From Leucoraja ocellata (lineage: Eukaryota), in the NCBI GenBank assembly GCA_036785375.1, contig JAWMAR010000013.1, forward strand, positions 6,634,001 through 6,698,000: DNA of 64,000 nt, in the 5' to 3' direction. The notes under the pieces are model-generated. The model did no database searches. It saw nothing but the letters and a program-made list of their open reading frames with translations, and was not told the DNA's origin. The position numbers and the translations under genes are program-made. Every line of letters starts with the position of its first letter. Positions within the stretch are counted from its first letter, which is position 1. Of the stretch, positions 36,686-49,203 are shown in pieces.

Positions 36686-36982
36686 TTTAGTTAAGAGTTA
36701 TCGTTTGGAAACAGGCCCTTCGGCCCACCAGGTCCGTGCCAGCCAATGAGCAACAGTACACTAGTTCTATCCCACACACTAGGGACAATTTACAGAGGTC
36801 ATTTAACCTAGAAACCTGCATTTTTCTTGGAATGTGGGGGGAAACCAGAGCACCCGGAGGAAACCCATGCGGTCACAGGGAGAACATGCACACACCATAC
36901 CGACAGCACACATAGTCAGAATCGAACCCGGGTCCCTGGCGCAGTAAGGAAGCTACTCTCCCATTGCACCACTGTGCCACCC
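36686..36982 (-). mobile_element. tRNA-derived V-SINE (HE1-like)
   Basis: Reverse-strand A/B-box head (GGTGGCACAGTGG...GGTTCGATTC), V-domain GGGTTTCCTCCGGGTGCTCTGGTTTCCCCCCACATTCCAA, and CR1-derived tail. Confidence 0.85.
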
Positions 36983-37095
36983 ATGACATTTTTTAATGTT
37001 TCTGTTGATGGATTATTCCTTTTCTATTGCCATTTATGATGTACATATTGGTAATATCCAAATAATAATCTTTGTGTTTTCCATTCTTTCATCAG

Positions 37096-37271
37096 CTATG
37101 CAGGAAGAAGCTCTTAAACTAGTCTTGCTTGCATTAGAAGATGGGTCAGCACTCTCCAGGAAAGTGCTGGTTCTCTTTGTTGTTCAAAGACTCGAACCAC
37201 GGTTTCCTCAGGCATCCAAAACTAGTATTGGTCATGTCGTACAACTCTTGTACCGTGCATCATGTTTCAAG
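37096..37271 (+). CDS. RC3H2: Roquin-2 coding exon 4 (ROQ domain)
   Basis: CAG|(A)[58 protein letters not shown]|GTATTG; 176 nt. Confidence 0.98.
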
Positions 37272-40186
37272 GTATTGCATTCAGGTTTGCAAAATATTCT
37301 GTTTACCACGTGTAATGTAATTTTTGAAACATTTTAAATGTTAAGTCAATTATTTGAATTATTTTAGCAAACTGAATTTGAACATCAATAAAATCTTAAA
37401 TTGCAGGGAGAAGTTCTTAAAGTAAGGGTGAAGCTGCAGACAAAATGGGCAAAATTGTGGAGAAATAATGTTAACTTAATTATTGTTTCAGAGGAGGGGA
37501 CGAAGATTAACAGCTTCATCTACCTTACCACTTTCTAATAATATGTTGTACATCTTTGTCCTGCAGCTCCAGTTGAGATTCAGTTGTTGCTCTTTCAGCC
37601 CTATGTCATAATTCCTTGGCAAGAACTAGGATTTGCATTAGTGACACTCACCGGTGATGCCATGGTGGGTGGGACTTTACTTTCCCATGCACTTGCCTGG
37701 GGAAAGTGCAGCCCCAAGGTTGAGCTGATCCAACCCAGAGAAAAGATTCCATCCACCCACAAATGCCCCTCACCAATGAGATGGCTAATTCCACATAATC
37801 TTCTCTACAGTTATTCACAAGCCCATGGTTGCTGCTGCTGGTCGCTGCATGTTTATCTACCATCTGGTCCTTCCTCATGCTCTGCTGCTGTCTCTCCGCT
37901 ATCTAAAGCAGAGAGAATCAACGTGTGAGGAAATGCTTGCTGGCCTGAGTCAATACATTGCAGTTGTGGCTGAATGTTTTCTGTAAAATCACAATTTAGT
38001 TAAAGCTTTGTGCATCAAATGGATCCATGTGTCTTTTTTAAAACAAAGCACTGCCAGTTTAGCTGAAAGAAATAAGAAAGACAAAATAGAGTAAGTGGCA
38101 CTGTTCTAACAAGTTTGCAGAATATGTATGTGCATCTTTTGAAAGTAGTTGTAAAGCTAATGGGATCCAGGATTTTAAGAGTCCAGTGTACAATGGGAGG
38201 AAGATTATCTTGATTTAAAAAAAAAATAAAACACTGGTTAGACCATTAAGCCACAAATTGAATGTTGCATCCTTTGCTCACCATCAAACTGTAGGAAGGA
38301 TGGCTTGAGGAAGAATAGAGCAGAAAACCTAGAAAATGTAGAGCTGAAATGGGAAATCAGGAAAGCAAAGAAACTGCATTGGAAAAATATTGGCAAAGGA
38401 AACCCTCCGATCTTTCTAAAATAAAGAGCAGGTCATATCTGGGACCAAACAGATAATGACAGTGGCGATGTTGTTTGTAGGTAAGGTTCTTGATGTTTAG
38501 CGCTGTGTTCTCAAATGAAGGAGATGGTACACAGGTTGTAATTAACAAGAGAAAATGTGAAATAATGGATGAGAGAAACAGTGTAAGATTAAGGGTTCAG
38601 TATGTTTTTGAAAATTAAATCAACAGGCATGAATGGAGCAAATCTCAGGCAGTTTTAAAAAAGCTAGGGAGATGTTCTGACCACTTTAATTTCATTCCTC
38701 CCTGGCTACAGTACTTGTGGCAGAAGATTGTTAATGGACAGTTGTTTCACAAAGGAGGAAGAGATAAATGCTTGTAAATACAGTAATACTGGTGTCCCCG
38801 CTACATAAGAATGGATTAACTTCAAGAAATGAAGTTAGGCCAGTTAATTTCACTTTGGTAAGCACATTTTTTTATTTTATTTGAGAGACTCTATAAACCT
38901 TCATTGGAAAGGCAAAGAATAACCAGCACAGTATTGATTTTTATAAAGGAAAATCATGCATGTCAAGAATTTATTTTGGGGCAATAAACCAGAAGTGACA
39001 ACGAGGACAATGCATTTGATGTATTCTTCGTGACCAATTTAGTATCGGTCTCTGTCTTTCAATAGAAACATATGGAAATGCTCTCATGCATTGCTATGAT
39101 ATTCTACATGTTTTTCTTTTTCCCGACTCCTATGGAATAAATCTTCTACCTTCAACTGTTGTGGCATCTGGTTTTGACTTGCTGTCAAATGATGGCTAGT
39201 ATCTGAAAGCTAACCAATATGGTTAATTTATAACAAGGACTTTCACTGAAATGTTTAATTCCTCTATAACCTAGTATGTATTCTGGTAACTAATTACTTA
39301 AACATTGTTGACTTCACCAGGTAAACATTTGTGAGTGGAATTTATTGAAAGTTAGTGAAAAATCACCTGATGTGTTTGTTGCTGCTTTCATGTTTTTTCA
39401 AATGAATTTATTTTTCATTCTCTTATGTCCTGATGTTAAATTTGACTTTGGGATTATTTTATTTATTTGCTTGTAAATAGAGTAATACTGGTGTCCCCGC
39501 TACATAAGAATGGATTAACTTCAAGAAAGCAACTAATTTGGAGCAAATGGGAATTTAGCCTGTGCAGATTCTAATTTAACCTACTTCAAGACCTTCACGA
39601 GGCATGCAACCAGAAAGGGATACAGAATCCCAAATAGGATCTAATCAGTGATAATTTGAACAGATTAAACTCTACAATTTGTTAATAGATAGATAATCCT
39701 TTTAAGTAATTTTGAGCAGAGGATCAATTGTCTACTAATCAGCCCAAAAGAGCAAATGTGGCTTTGGTTTGACATCCCATCACAGACAACGGTATTTCCA
39801 GTGATGTCGTCACTGCATAAGAACGTCTGCTTTGATTTTTGCGTCTAGATCTCTAATGAGACATGAAGCCAGATTATTCTAAATCTGAAATTGAACCTGG
39901 GTATATGGCTAGAATCGTGATGAAAGGACAATTACGTTTGGTATATTCTTATTAATAAAAATAATAGCATTTAAAACTTGTGCACTAGTTTTCGGAACTG
40001 TTCTTTAGAGCCCTTAATCTGTCATCCACAATTTCATTTAGAAAACTACTTGTCATATAGAAAATTAGGCCCCATCTTCCTTGGGTTTAATGTAGATGAT
40101 CTTGCCATATCCTATATTAAACTGCCATCTGCCATATGGATATGTATGTGGAAAGGCATGATTCATTGTAGATTGTTTCTCTCTAG

Positions 40187-40387
40187 GTTACAAAAAGGGA
40201 TGAAGATTCTTCTCTAATGCAACTGAAAGAAGAATTTCGTACTTATGAAGCTTTGCGCAGGGAGCATGATGCACAGATTGTTCATATTGCCATGGAGGCA
40301 GGACTTCGAATTTCCCCTGAACAATGGTCTTCCCTTTTGTATGGAGACTTGGCACATAAATCACACATGCAGTCCATCATTGATAAG
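40187..40387 (+). CDS. RC3H2: Roquin-2 coding exon 5 (ROQ domain)
   Basis: TAG|[67 protein letters not shown]|GTTTGT; 201 nt. Confidence 0.98.
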
Positions 40388-40467
40388 GTTTGTTGTAGAT
40401 GTGGCTAATACTATGTTTTACCTTGGAAACTTAAGGGAAAATCGATATAATTGTGCTCAGCAGACGA

Positions 40468-40625
40468 GTGGCATGGTGGCACGGCAGTTACTGCTGATGC
40501 CTCCCGATTTCAGGGACCCAGATTCAATTCTGACCTTTGGTGCTGCCTGTGTGGAGTTTTTCTGTTCTCTCCATGACAGCATGGGTTTCCACCAGCTACT
40601 TTGGTTTCCACCCAAATGTTGCACA
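40468..40625 (+). mobile_element. V-SINE 5' fragment
   Basis: GGCATGGTGGCACGGCAG...GATTCAATTCTGACC...GGGTTTCC head and V-domain. Confidence 0.7.
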
Positions 40626-41903
40626 TCTCCCACCAGCATTGATAAAGGTAGACAAGTAAAGCAGGGTATGCAAGGGAGGGACGCCTTTATTTTTACGTTG
40701 CTGGAACTGGAGTGGGGAGTGGTGTGCGAGGTAAATATTTAATGGATTTTCATATCCTCAGTTTATGTTGACGTTGGGGCAAAAATTGTAAGTGCAGGAA
40801 ATGGAAAACATGGACGAGGGCCTTGAATCTAGTGAGAGAGAGTCTTTGGATGAAGTTAAGAGGGGTTGGTATTGTCAAAATATAAGAGAGAAGGGTAACT
40901 GGGAGAACAGACTAACATTTCTTAGAAGCAAAAAGCACAGTCGATTACTTCTCACAGATGTTGGATAAGGTGAACAGATGGTGAAATTTGAGGTAGGGAC
41001 GAAGTGTTATAATACTTCTCCCCTATGCCAAGTTCATGATGGACCTTGTTAAGGATGTATTTTTCCAGCTAAGTTGACAACATCTTCCAATGCACTGCTG
41101 CTGGAAATCGCTGTTTTTGTCCTCCATTTCAAAAAGGTTAGGGAGGGGATCAGAGGCATGTTCCATGTGTCCTACTGAGAGAGGGGCATAGCTTGAACTG
41201 GAGAGACTCCCAAAACCATGCATTATGTATAGCAAGTACATAGTAAGTAGTGCCTACATAGCAAGTAGTGCCATAAGAAGTCTGTCCATGTGGTGGAGAA
41301 CAATGGTAGAGGCGAATCCGGCAAAATTAATTCTAGGAGGGAATGTCCTGGTGGAAGATGGTGATCTAGACAAATTGAGTTTGTGGGCTTGAAGACATCA
41401 GAAGTGTTGGAATATACCTGTATTTAATTGTTAAAATTTGTATTAATATGAATTACAAAATACATTGCATGCAGTTTTAATAGTTAATTTTATCAATGAC
41501 CAATAATGTAGACAGTATATACAGCAGCTTCGGTGAGAAGGGAAACAAAATGATCAGCATAACCGCTGAAAAGCTATTCATTGGAATCTTTAGCTTTGTT
41601 CTCGCTTCAGGTGCTCTCTGATCTGCTGAGTATCTCAATTGTTTTTGTATCAATTGTTATCAGTAACTCCGCATTTTAAATAGCAAAGAGCTGCATTTAC
41701 AGATATCCCTAATCGGCTTTATATAACTGCACTCCAAATGTAGTACTGTAGTATAACAATAAATAACTGTCCACATGTGTTATTTTATAGTGGGAATCAT
41801 TCTAGTATCTTTATTACCTGTATGTTGATTGTTAGGTATTTGAAATAGAAGCATGACTTTGAGATTATTTTTTTATTGATACTCATAATGAGCAAGTATT
41901 ACT

Positions 41904-41926
41904 GGGGGGGGGGGGGGGGGGGGGGG
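41904..41926. repeat. poly-G run (23 nt)
   Basis: Direct reading. Confidence 0.9.
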
Positions 41927-42069
41927 AGGAGGAGGGGAGCACATTAGATATAAAATTGGCATGTTATTGGCAATATGCTTCACAAGGCTTCTGGTCAACA
42001 AAACTTAAGGAGGAAATTCCAGGAGGCCGACGTGCTCCTGATTCATGTTTATTTTGGAAACAAAAGTCA

Positions 42070-42800
42070 CTGCTGCCAATACAAACATGAATTAGAAGCA
42101 GGAGCGGGCCTGTCAATCCCTTGAATGTGCTCTTCAATTTAATAAGATGATGGCTGATTTGAGCATAACCTCAACTCTGCAATTCCATCTAGCTACTGTA
42201 ATATTTTACACCAATCATCACCCAACACCTATATCTTGAAATTTTCCAAGGTCTTGGTTCCACTGCCTTTAGAGAAAGAGTTTCACCTCCACCTGTCTTA
42301 AATGGATGACATCTTGTTTGTTAACAGTGACACCCCACACCCAATCTACATTTTTTACACGAGGCCGCATCCACCCAGGCAATACCCCTTGGGATCTGTG
42401 TTACAGTCCAGTCTTCCTATCACTCTGGCTGATACAAACCTAGCCCGTCCAATCTCTCTTCCTCATACAGCCTGCCCATTCCAGATAGTAAGCTAATAAA
42501 TGTCAGAACAGCTTCCAATGCATTAACAGCCTTGCATAAAGAGACCAATACTGTAGTCAGTACTTTTGATATGGTTTCATCATTGCCCTATGTAACAAGC
42601 ATAACCTCACTACTTTTATATTCAGTTCCCCTAATAATAAACAATAACATTTTGTTGATTTTTCTAATTGCTATTTCTGTACACCAGCCTTTTTACAAAT
42701 CACACATAAGGCCATCCAGATCGTTCTGCACCTCTAAGCTCTTCAATCGCTCAAAATTTGATGATATATTACCATTTGCTTTCTACTTTTCAGCCAAAAT
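42070..42800 (-). mobile_element. Old CR1 3' region
   Basis: Reverse-strand CR1 tail start GAATTAGAAGCAGGAGCGGGCC...TTAATAAGATGATGGCTGAT, plus degenerate ORF2. Confidence 0.6.
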
Positions 42801-43150
42801 TGATCTACGGTAGAGTGATTTTAATATTGTGGATGCTCAAGGTCAAGTAGAGATTTTCTATGTTTATCACAACTATAGAGCAAGTCGTTAGTGGTAACAA
42901 GAGATATGAACAAATAGATTCTGATTTGGGAGACGTTGAAGGCATTTGGAGAAGTCATGGGGGACTTGAGATGTTATTTATTAGAATTAAGGCTAAGTAG
43001 CTAAAGCTGCTTTGGTGGGAGGGTGGCAGATAATTTGAAGGAGAAGGAGCAGAACCTATGGGAAGTATAATTATAAACAGCAGCTGACGACTTGGGAGGG
43101 AAAGTTTCAGAGCCAGCTATTTATTTGAAGTGTCTTTATTTTCTTTGCAG

Positions 43151-43283
43151 CTCCAGTCTCCCGAATCTTTTGCAAAGAGTGTGCAGGAATTGACTATTGT
43201 CCTGCAGCGGACAACTGATCCTGCCAATCTGAACAGGCTTCGATCTCATCTTGAACTATTAGCAAATATAGATCCAAACCCAG
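43151..43283 (+). CDS. RC3H2: Roquin-2 coding exon 6
   Basis: CAG|[44 protein letters not shown]|GTATGA; 133 nt. Confidence 0.97.
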
Positions 43284-43901
43284 GTATGAAAGGAATTTAT
43301 TATTGATGTAACTAACTGAATATATTCCCGATTACACTATGCCCAGTGCTCCAACAATCTACTTGTTTATTTCAAAACAGTACATTTTTTAGTATTTTAG
43401 ATTCCTCTGGTGTCAACATAGCAAAATACTTGTGTTTCTTATCTGAATAGGATCACAATTTTTAGTAAATGTTAATCTTTTAGAGCATGATTCTTTCAGT
43501 GGAATCAGAATTATTCGTTGAAGAAAAAAATCCTCCATAGTTTAGCTGGGCTATGTAGTTCAAGAAATGTCTTAATAATCAGTCCCTACCCAAACTGTCG
43601 TCTATCCATTTCCTCCACTGATGCCATCTGACCTGTTGAGTTACCCTAGCACTTTATTTTTCTCAAGATGAACCCCTACGAATCTAAATATTACTGTGAA
43701 TGCATCAAGATGTGCGTGAGTTTCTGCATTCACAAGAGGCTGAGGTGAAAGGGAATGTAACAGAATGAAGTTGGGAAGGGGGAACTGCATTTTACAATAT
43801 AAAATGTCAAATAAATCTGAAGCAACAATACCAAAGTTTTCAATGTAACATGCTGTTTTAGAAACTAGAGAGGGATAAATGCTATCTGTCTTTCTCTCAA
43901 G

Positions 43902-44020
43902 ATGCTGCAGCTCCAACATGGGAACAACTTGAGAATTCAATGGTGGCTGTAAAAACAGTTGTTCATGGGCTTGTGGATTTCATCCAGAACTTCAGTAAAA
44001 AAGGTCATGAAGCACCACAA
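43902..44020 (+). CDS. RC3H2: Roquin-2 coding exon 7 (HEPN-C)
   Basis: AAG|(D)[39 protein letters not shown]|GTAAGC; 119 nt. Confidence 0.96.
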
Positions 44021-44441
44021 GTAAGCCTTTTTTTGGTAATGTAGTAATGTTTTAAATGAACCAAATAATTGTCAACAGTTAGAGCTGGCCAATATTCTGA
44101 AGAGAATTGGTTATTCAAAACCAGTTTAAAAATGTGCACAATTGTTTTTTGCCTTCAAATTGAATTTCATGGGAAAATCTCAAATTTTACATTCATTGCT
44201 TTCAGTTCTATTATATTTTTATAATTTTATTGCAACCTATTGCTTTCTTACAAATGACAAATTGTATCACATCAACGGTCGTCTGTAGATAGATGTAGTT
44301 TTCTATTATTTCATGGTGAACATTTCAAACTGTAACTGTTAATCAGCATTGATCGAGAACTTTTCGCAGTAAATTTAAAAAACCTATAGCAAAAGTCAGA
44401 ATTAAACAGCCATGAAAGTAGTGTTCATTTGTTGTTTTCAG

Positions 44442-44554
44442 CCACAGCCAAACAGCAAATATAAAACCAGCATGTGCCGAGATCTTCGACAACAAGGAGG
44501 TTGTCCTCGTGGTGCCAATTGTACCTTTGCTCACTCCCAAGAGGAATTGGAAAA
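44442..44554 (+). CDS. RC3H2: Roquin-2 coding exon 8 (CCCH zinc finger)
   Basis: CAG|[37 protein letters not shown](K)|GTATGT; C-x8-C-x5-C-x3-H; 113 nt. Confidence 0.98.
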
Positions 44555-45019
44555 GTATGTTTTTTTAATTATGTATTAATACTGGTAGAAATGTATCTTT
44601 GCATTTCAAATCCTGCTTCTACCATTCAAATTTAGGGCAAATGTGCTTGTTGATGTAGGGAAACTGTGGCACTGAGAAATATAGTGTTACATATTTAGTC
44701 ACTTGCGTCAATTACATCGTAACTGGGTGGATCGTTAGGCTCCTATAATTGTATCACAGTTACACATTTTCTTTTGACATGTGCAATCTAATGTACACTT
44801 TATTGTGGATATTTTTTCCAATAGTGTAATCTCTGCAAGAAATAGGACTTTTATTGCTGTCACAATAACGCTACTGTCTGGGCTAAGTTTGAGAAATGAC
44901 AGGATAATAATAAAGATTCCCGTGTAATTCACTTTTTTTTAAAATCTTACTCAAAACGGGAGTTGCATGACTGATTAAGGAGAATGTCACAGCTGCATTG
45001 GACCGTGGGAATTGGGGAA

Positions 45020-47830
45020 AGGCTAATTACAACTGAATGAGAGGGGAGCCAGGGAGAATTGATCGGGACTGATTGTTATTGGGCAAGTCTACATGTGACG
45101 TGGGAGTCATTTAAAGGCTATCTGGTCAAAATTTAGGACCAGACTTCAGGATTGGATTTCCTTTGAAAGGCAATAATGGCATTGTTTGCTGAACATTGGA
45201 TGCAAGAGATGTTATAACTTTAGTTCAAAAGAGGCATATGCAAGAAATTGAAAAGTGAACAGGGCCTTTGAGAAATTGAGAGGGAGCAGGAAAGAACAAT
45301 GGGGAATCGAGAGGGCTAAAAGGGACCATGAAATGTCCATGGTGTGTAGGATTAACGAGCATCCCAAGGCATTTTATACATACGTTAATAAGAAGAGGAT
45401 GGCTAGGGACAGGGTAGGATCATTTGGGGATGAAGGAGGAAATTTATGGATGGAACCAGAGGAAGTGGGCAAGGTACTATATGAGAGACACAACAAAACT
45501 GCTGATGCTGGAATCTTGTGCACAACAAACTGGTGGAGGAACAGAGTGAGTCAGGCAGCAACTATGGAGGAAATGGACATGTGATGTTTCAGATCGGGAC
45601 TCTTCTTGAGACCGATGAATAAAACTGGAAAAAAGAGTCGAAAGCCTGGAAAATTGCAATAGATTAGGAGAGGGAGTTGATTTGGCCTTACTCTAGCAAT
45701 GGAAGAAGCCAAGGACTCAAAGGTCAGTATGGGATGGGGAATTAAAATGGTTAGCACCTGGAGCACTAGTAGGCCTTGACAGACAGAGAGCAGGTGTTTG
45801 GCGAAGCAGTCACCCAGACTAAGCTTGGTCTCGCCGATGTAAAGGAGGCCACATCGGGAGCACCAAATGCAATAGATAAGGTTGAAGGAGGTGCATGTGA
45901 AGGATTGCTGGGGTCCCTGGAAGGAAGCGAGAGGGGTGGTGAAGGGATAAGTGTTATATCTCCTATGGTTGCAGAATTAAATACCTGTGAAGGGAGTGGG
46001 GTGGATGCGGGCTTCACAACAACAGGGGCGAATCCACATTTACTGAAGGAGGACATCTCACATGTCCTAGAGTGGAAACCCACATTTTGGAAGCCGATGT
46101 GGTGGACACAGAGAAACTAAGAGTAAAGGATTGTGCCCTGCAAGAGGCAGGTTGGGAAGAGGTGTAATCAACTTTGTTGTGGGAGTCAGTGGATTTGCAG
46201 TAGATGTTAGTCGATAGTCTGTCCCCTGTGATGGAGACAGAGGGATCGTAAAAGAAAGAGGACATGTTGGTTCTTTTGATGAACAAAAAGCATGTGTGCC
46301 TAATGTTTGAGATTCATCAAAGGCTGTTGAGAGAAGCGATTGCTGGGGCTTTGACAGTCCTGTGTATCCTGTTCTGCTACTGCTGATGTCCCATAGGGTT
46401 GGGGAATAGTCAATATTGTTTTCTTGTTTAAGAAGAGAAATAGGAAAATCTTGGAAACTATAGGACAGTTAGCTTTTAATTAGTTGTAGGGAACTTATTT
46501 GAGTAGATTATTAAGGATGGGATTTACTCGCATCTGGGGCCAGTCAGCATGTCTGTGCAGGGATTCAGGAAGTCATGTCTTACAAACTTGTGAGCTTTTT
46601 TGATGAGGTGGCAAAAATGATGAGGGAAGAGCAGTGGATCTGGTCGAATGCTTTACGACAATTTATGAAGACAAGATACTTCATGGTAGGCTGATCCAGA
46701 AGAGTAAGGCATGTGGAAAGGGATCCATAGAGACTCAGTGGATTAGATGCAATGTCGCTTGTCCTTAATACAGAAGTTAGTGATAGAGGGATGATAATTT
46801 GACTGAACAGGGGTTTAGTCTGAAACCTCTGTTATTTGTTGATGTTAGGCCAAAAATGTAGGTACAGTGACTAGTAAGTTTGCAGGCACCACCAGAATTG
46901 GCAGAGTTATGGATAGTGAGGAAGATTGTTAAAGGCCACACCAGGGTATAGATCGATTGGGAATATGTGCAGGGAAATGACAGATAGAGTTTAATCTGTA
47001 TGATGTGTTGCACTTTGAGAGGTTAAGCGTAAGAGAAAAGTGTGCAGCAAATGGCAGAACCTTTGGGACCATTGGCGTACAGAAGAATATTGGGATGGAG
47101 GTCCATTACTCCCTGAAACTGGCAAATCGAGTAGATGGGGTAGTATAAAGGCATACAACAAACTTGCCTTCATCATTCAGAGCATCGAGTATTAAAGTTG
47201 GGAAATCATGTTGAGCTTGTACTTGTATAAAGGTTTGGTTAGACCACAAATGGAGTGATGTGAGCAGTTCTGGTCGTCATAGAGCAAGAAGGATGCTTTG
47301 GGAAAACGTGCAGGAGAGATTCGCCAGGATGTTGCCTAGATTAGAGTATTGGCCACAATGAGAGGTTGAACAGTCTTGGATCATTTTCTCTGGAGCGTCA
47401 GAGGCTGAGGGGTAACATGATAACCAATATAAAGTTGCAGGCATAGATAGGATACATAGAAATGTCAAAAACTAGGTTTATGGTGAGATGAAAGGGTTTT
47501 GTTTATTACAGATTGCCTGGAATGCAATGCCTAAAGAGCTGGTGGAAGTAGATACGCTAACAATGTTTAGGAAGCATATAGACAGGTACAGGAACAGGTA
47601 GGGGATGGAAGGGAAGGGAATGGAGGGTTATGGTCTGAGCGCAAGTATATGGGACTAGGGGAGATTATGTGTTCAGCACGGACTAGAAGGGTCGAGATGG
47701 CCTGTTTCCGTGCTGTAATTGTTATATGGTTATATGGAGGGATATAGACCATGCACAGGCTGATGGGATTAGTTTAAATTGGCATCAGCTCGGGCATCGT
47801 GGCGTGAAGTGCCTGTTTTTGTGCTATGAT
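45020..47830 (+). mobile_element. Long degraded CR1 ORF2 and 3' tails, split by a Penelope insertion
   Basis: RINEHPKAFYTYVNKKRMARDRVG, GNYRTVS and KSCLTNL motifs, and tails ending GCCTGTTTCCGTGCTGT. Confidence 0.8.
45490..46270 (-). mobile_element. Penelope-like element (RT end, GIY-YIG, terminal repeat) nested in CR1
   Basis: The minus strand at 45780-45875 encodes YCIWCSRCGLLYIGETKLSLGDCFAKHLLSV. ORF 46014-46286 has LSTNIYCKSTDSHNKVDYTSSQP. The terminus carries a decayed hammerhead at ~45580-45612. Confidence 0.85.
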
Positions 47831-48894
47831 ATGTGTTTGAATCAAGTGTTAAAATTAACTTGTTATGTCTTTCCTTTATGGCATAGTTATTTTGAGGTTT
47901 TGGGCAAAAAATATGCGAAAGTAAAAATCTGCTAACGTTGTAAAATCTTAAAAAAAAAAACGTGTTGAAACTGCCACTGGGCAGCATCTGTGAGAGAAAA
48001 AAACAAAGTAAATACTTTTGATACTTTAGCAATAATGTTGTCAGTCTTGCATCACGTTGTTTATTCTAAAGATAGCTTTGTCAGTGAAAGCAAATATCTT
48101 TATGGCTTTCAGCAATTCAGGGCAATATAACAACAGCTTGGCACGTATAATTTATAATGAAGTAAAACTAGAGATCAAAAATTAGCACTCTTTCAAATGT
48201 CACATTAAGACATTGTAGAAGAGAGATTTCAAGGAACATTGAAAAGGATGAGCATGATAAACAAGTGGAGATATTTAGGTTCGGATTAGTTTATTGTCAA
48301 TGTACATGAGTAGCAAAATTCCTTGTTCGCATGAAGCTCACAGGAATATCATTCGAGATGCCCGAGCTTGGAGCCTGGGCAGCTGAGGCGATGGCAACCA
48401 ATAATAGAGAAAAGGAATTGGAGACTGAGCATTATGTTGGGTGTAAAGGAGGAATTTCCACAGGTGATATGATCGGAGGAAATTAATGATAAAAGACAAA
48501 GGCAGAATGTTTAGAAGGTTGAACACGTGTGATAATTATGAAATTGGGGTGTTGACCGAGGAACAAATATAAATCAGAGATTTGACAGATGAATGGATCT
48601 TGATACAAATTGTGACACAGGCAGTTACATTTTCAGTGGGCTCATGTTTGGAAGTTGAAACTTTTTGTTAGCTGGTTAGAAATGAAGAGGAAAATGATTA
48701 GCTGTCTCATTACAAAATGTTAGACTTGCTGGAAAATATTTCAGAATGCCAGACTTGCCTGTTGGTGGTGTCCATTTTAATTTTGCTTTACTGTTTTTGA
48801 GCCTTGAAACCTGTACAAGAATGATCTTTTGTTGATTTTTAATATATTGTATTTATCGGAGGGGTGGAAAACTTAGCTGTATTCTTTACAATAG

Positions 48895-49203
48895 GTATCG
48901 GATGCGGAATAAGAAGATTAATGCTACAGTCAGGCCCTTCCCTCTATCACAAGCGCTTCAGAACAAAGTTGGAATTGCCAATATAGTCACAACATCTGCA
49001 GGAAATATAGTCTCTGTAACAGGAGCCACTGAAACCACTGTGAAAATGGTGCAGGCAACAAATGGGATAATTAGCCCAGAAAGTACTACACCACAACTAA
49101 TACCACGATGTGCAGATACCTCAGCTTCTTTGGAGAATGCTAAGAAAATTGGACAAAACTGTCTGAGCACACCTGGATCACTATCTGGTTCACCACCAGA
49201 AAC
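48895..49203 (+). CDS. RC3H2: Roquin-2 coding exon 9
   Basis: TAG|(K)YRMRNKKINATVRPFPL...PQLIPRCADTS...SGSPPE(T)|GTAAGA; 309 nt; phases 2/2 fit the neighbouring exons. Confidence 0.93.

Noticed and set aside
40388-44441. SNORD90 orthologue (human RC3H2 hosts this intronic C/D snoRNA)
   Set aside because: No convincing RUGAUGA...CUGA pair with a terminal stem was found in these introns. TGAATTTCATGGG at 44161 is only suggestive. An Infernal search with the Rfam model would decide it.
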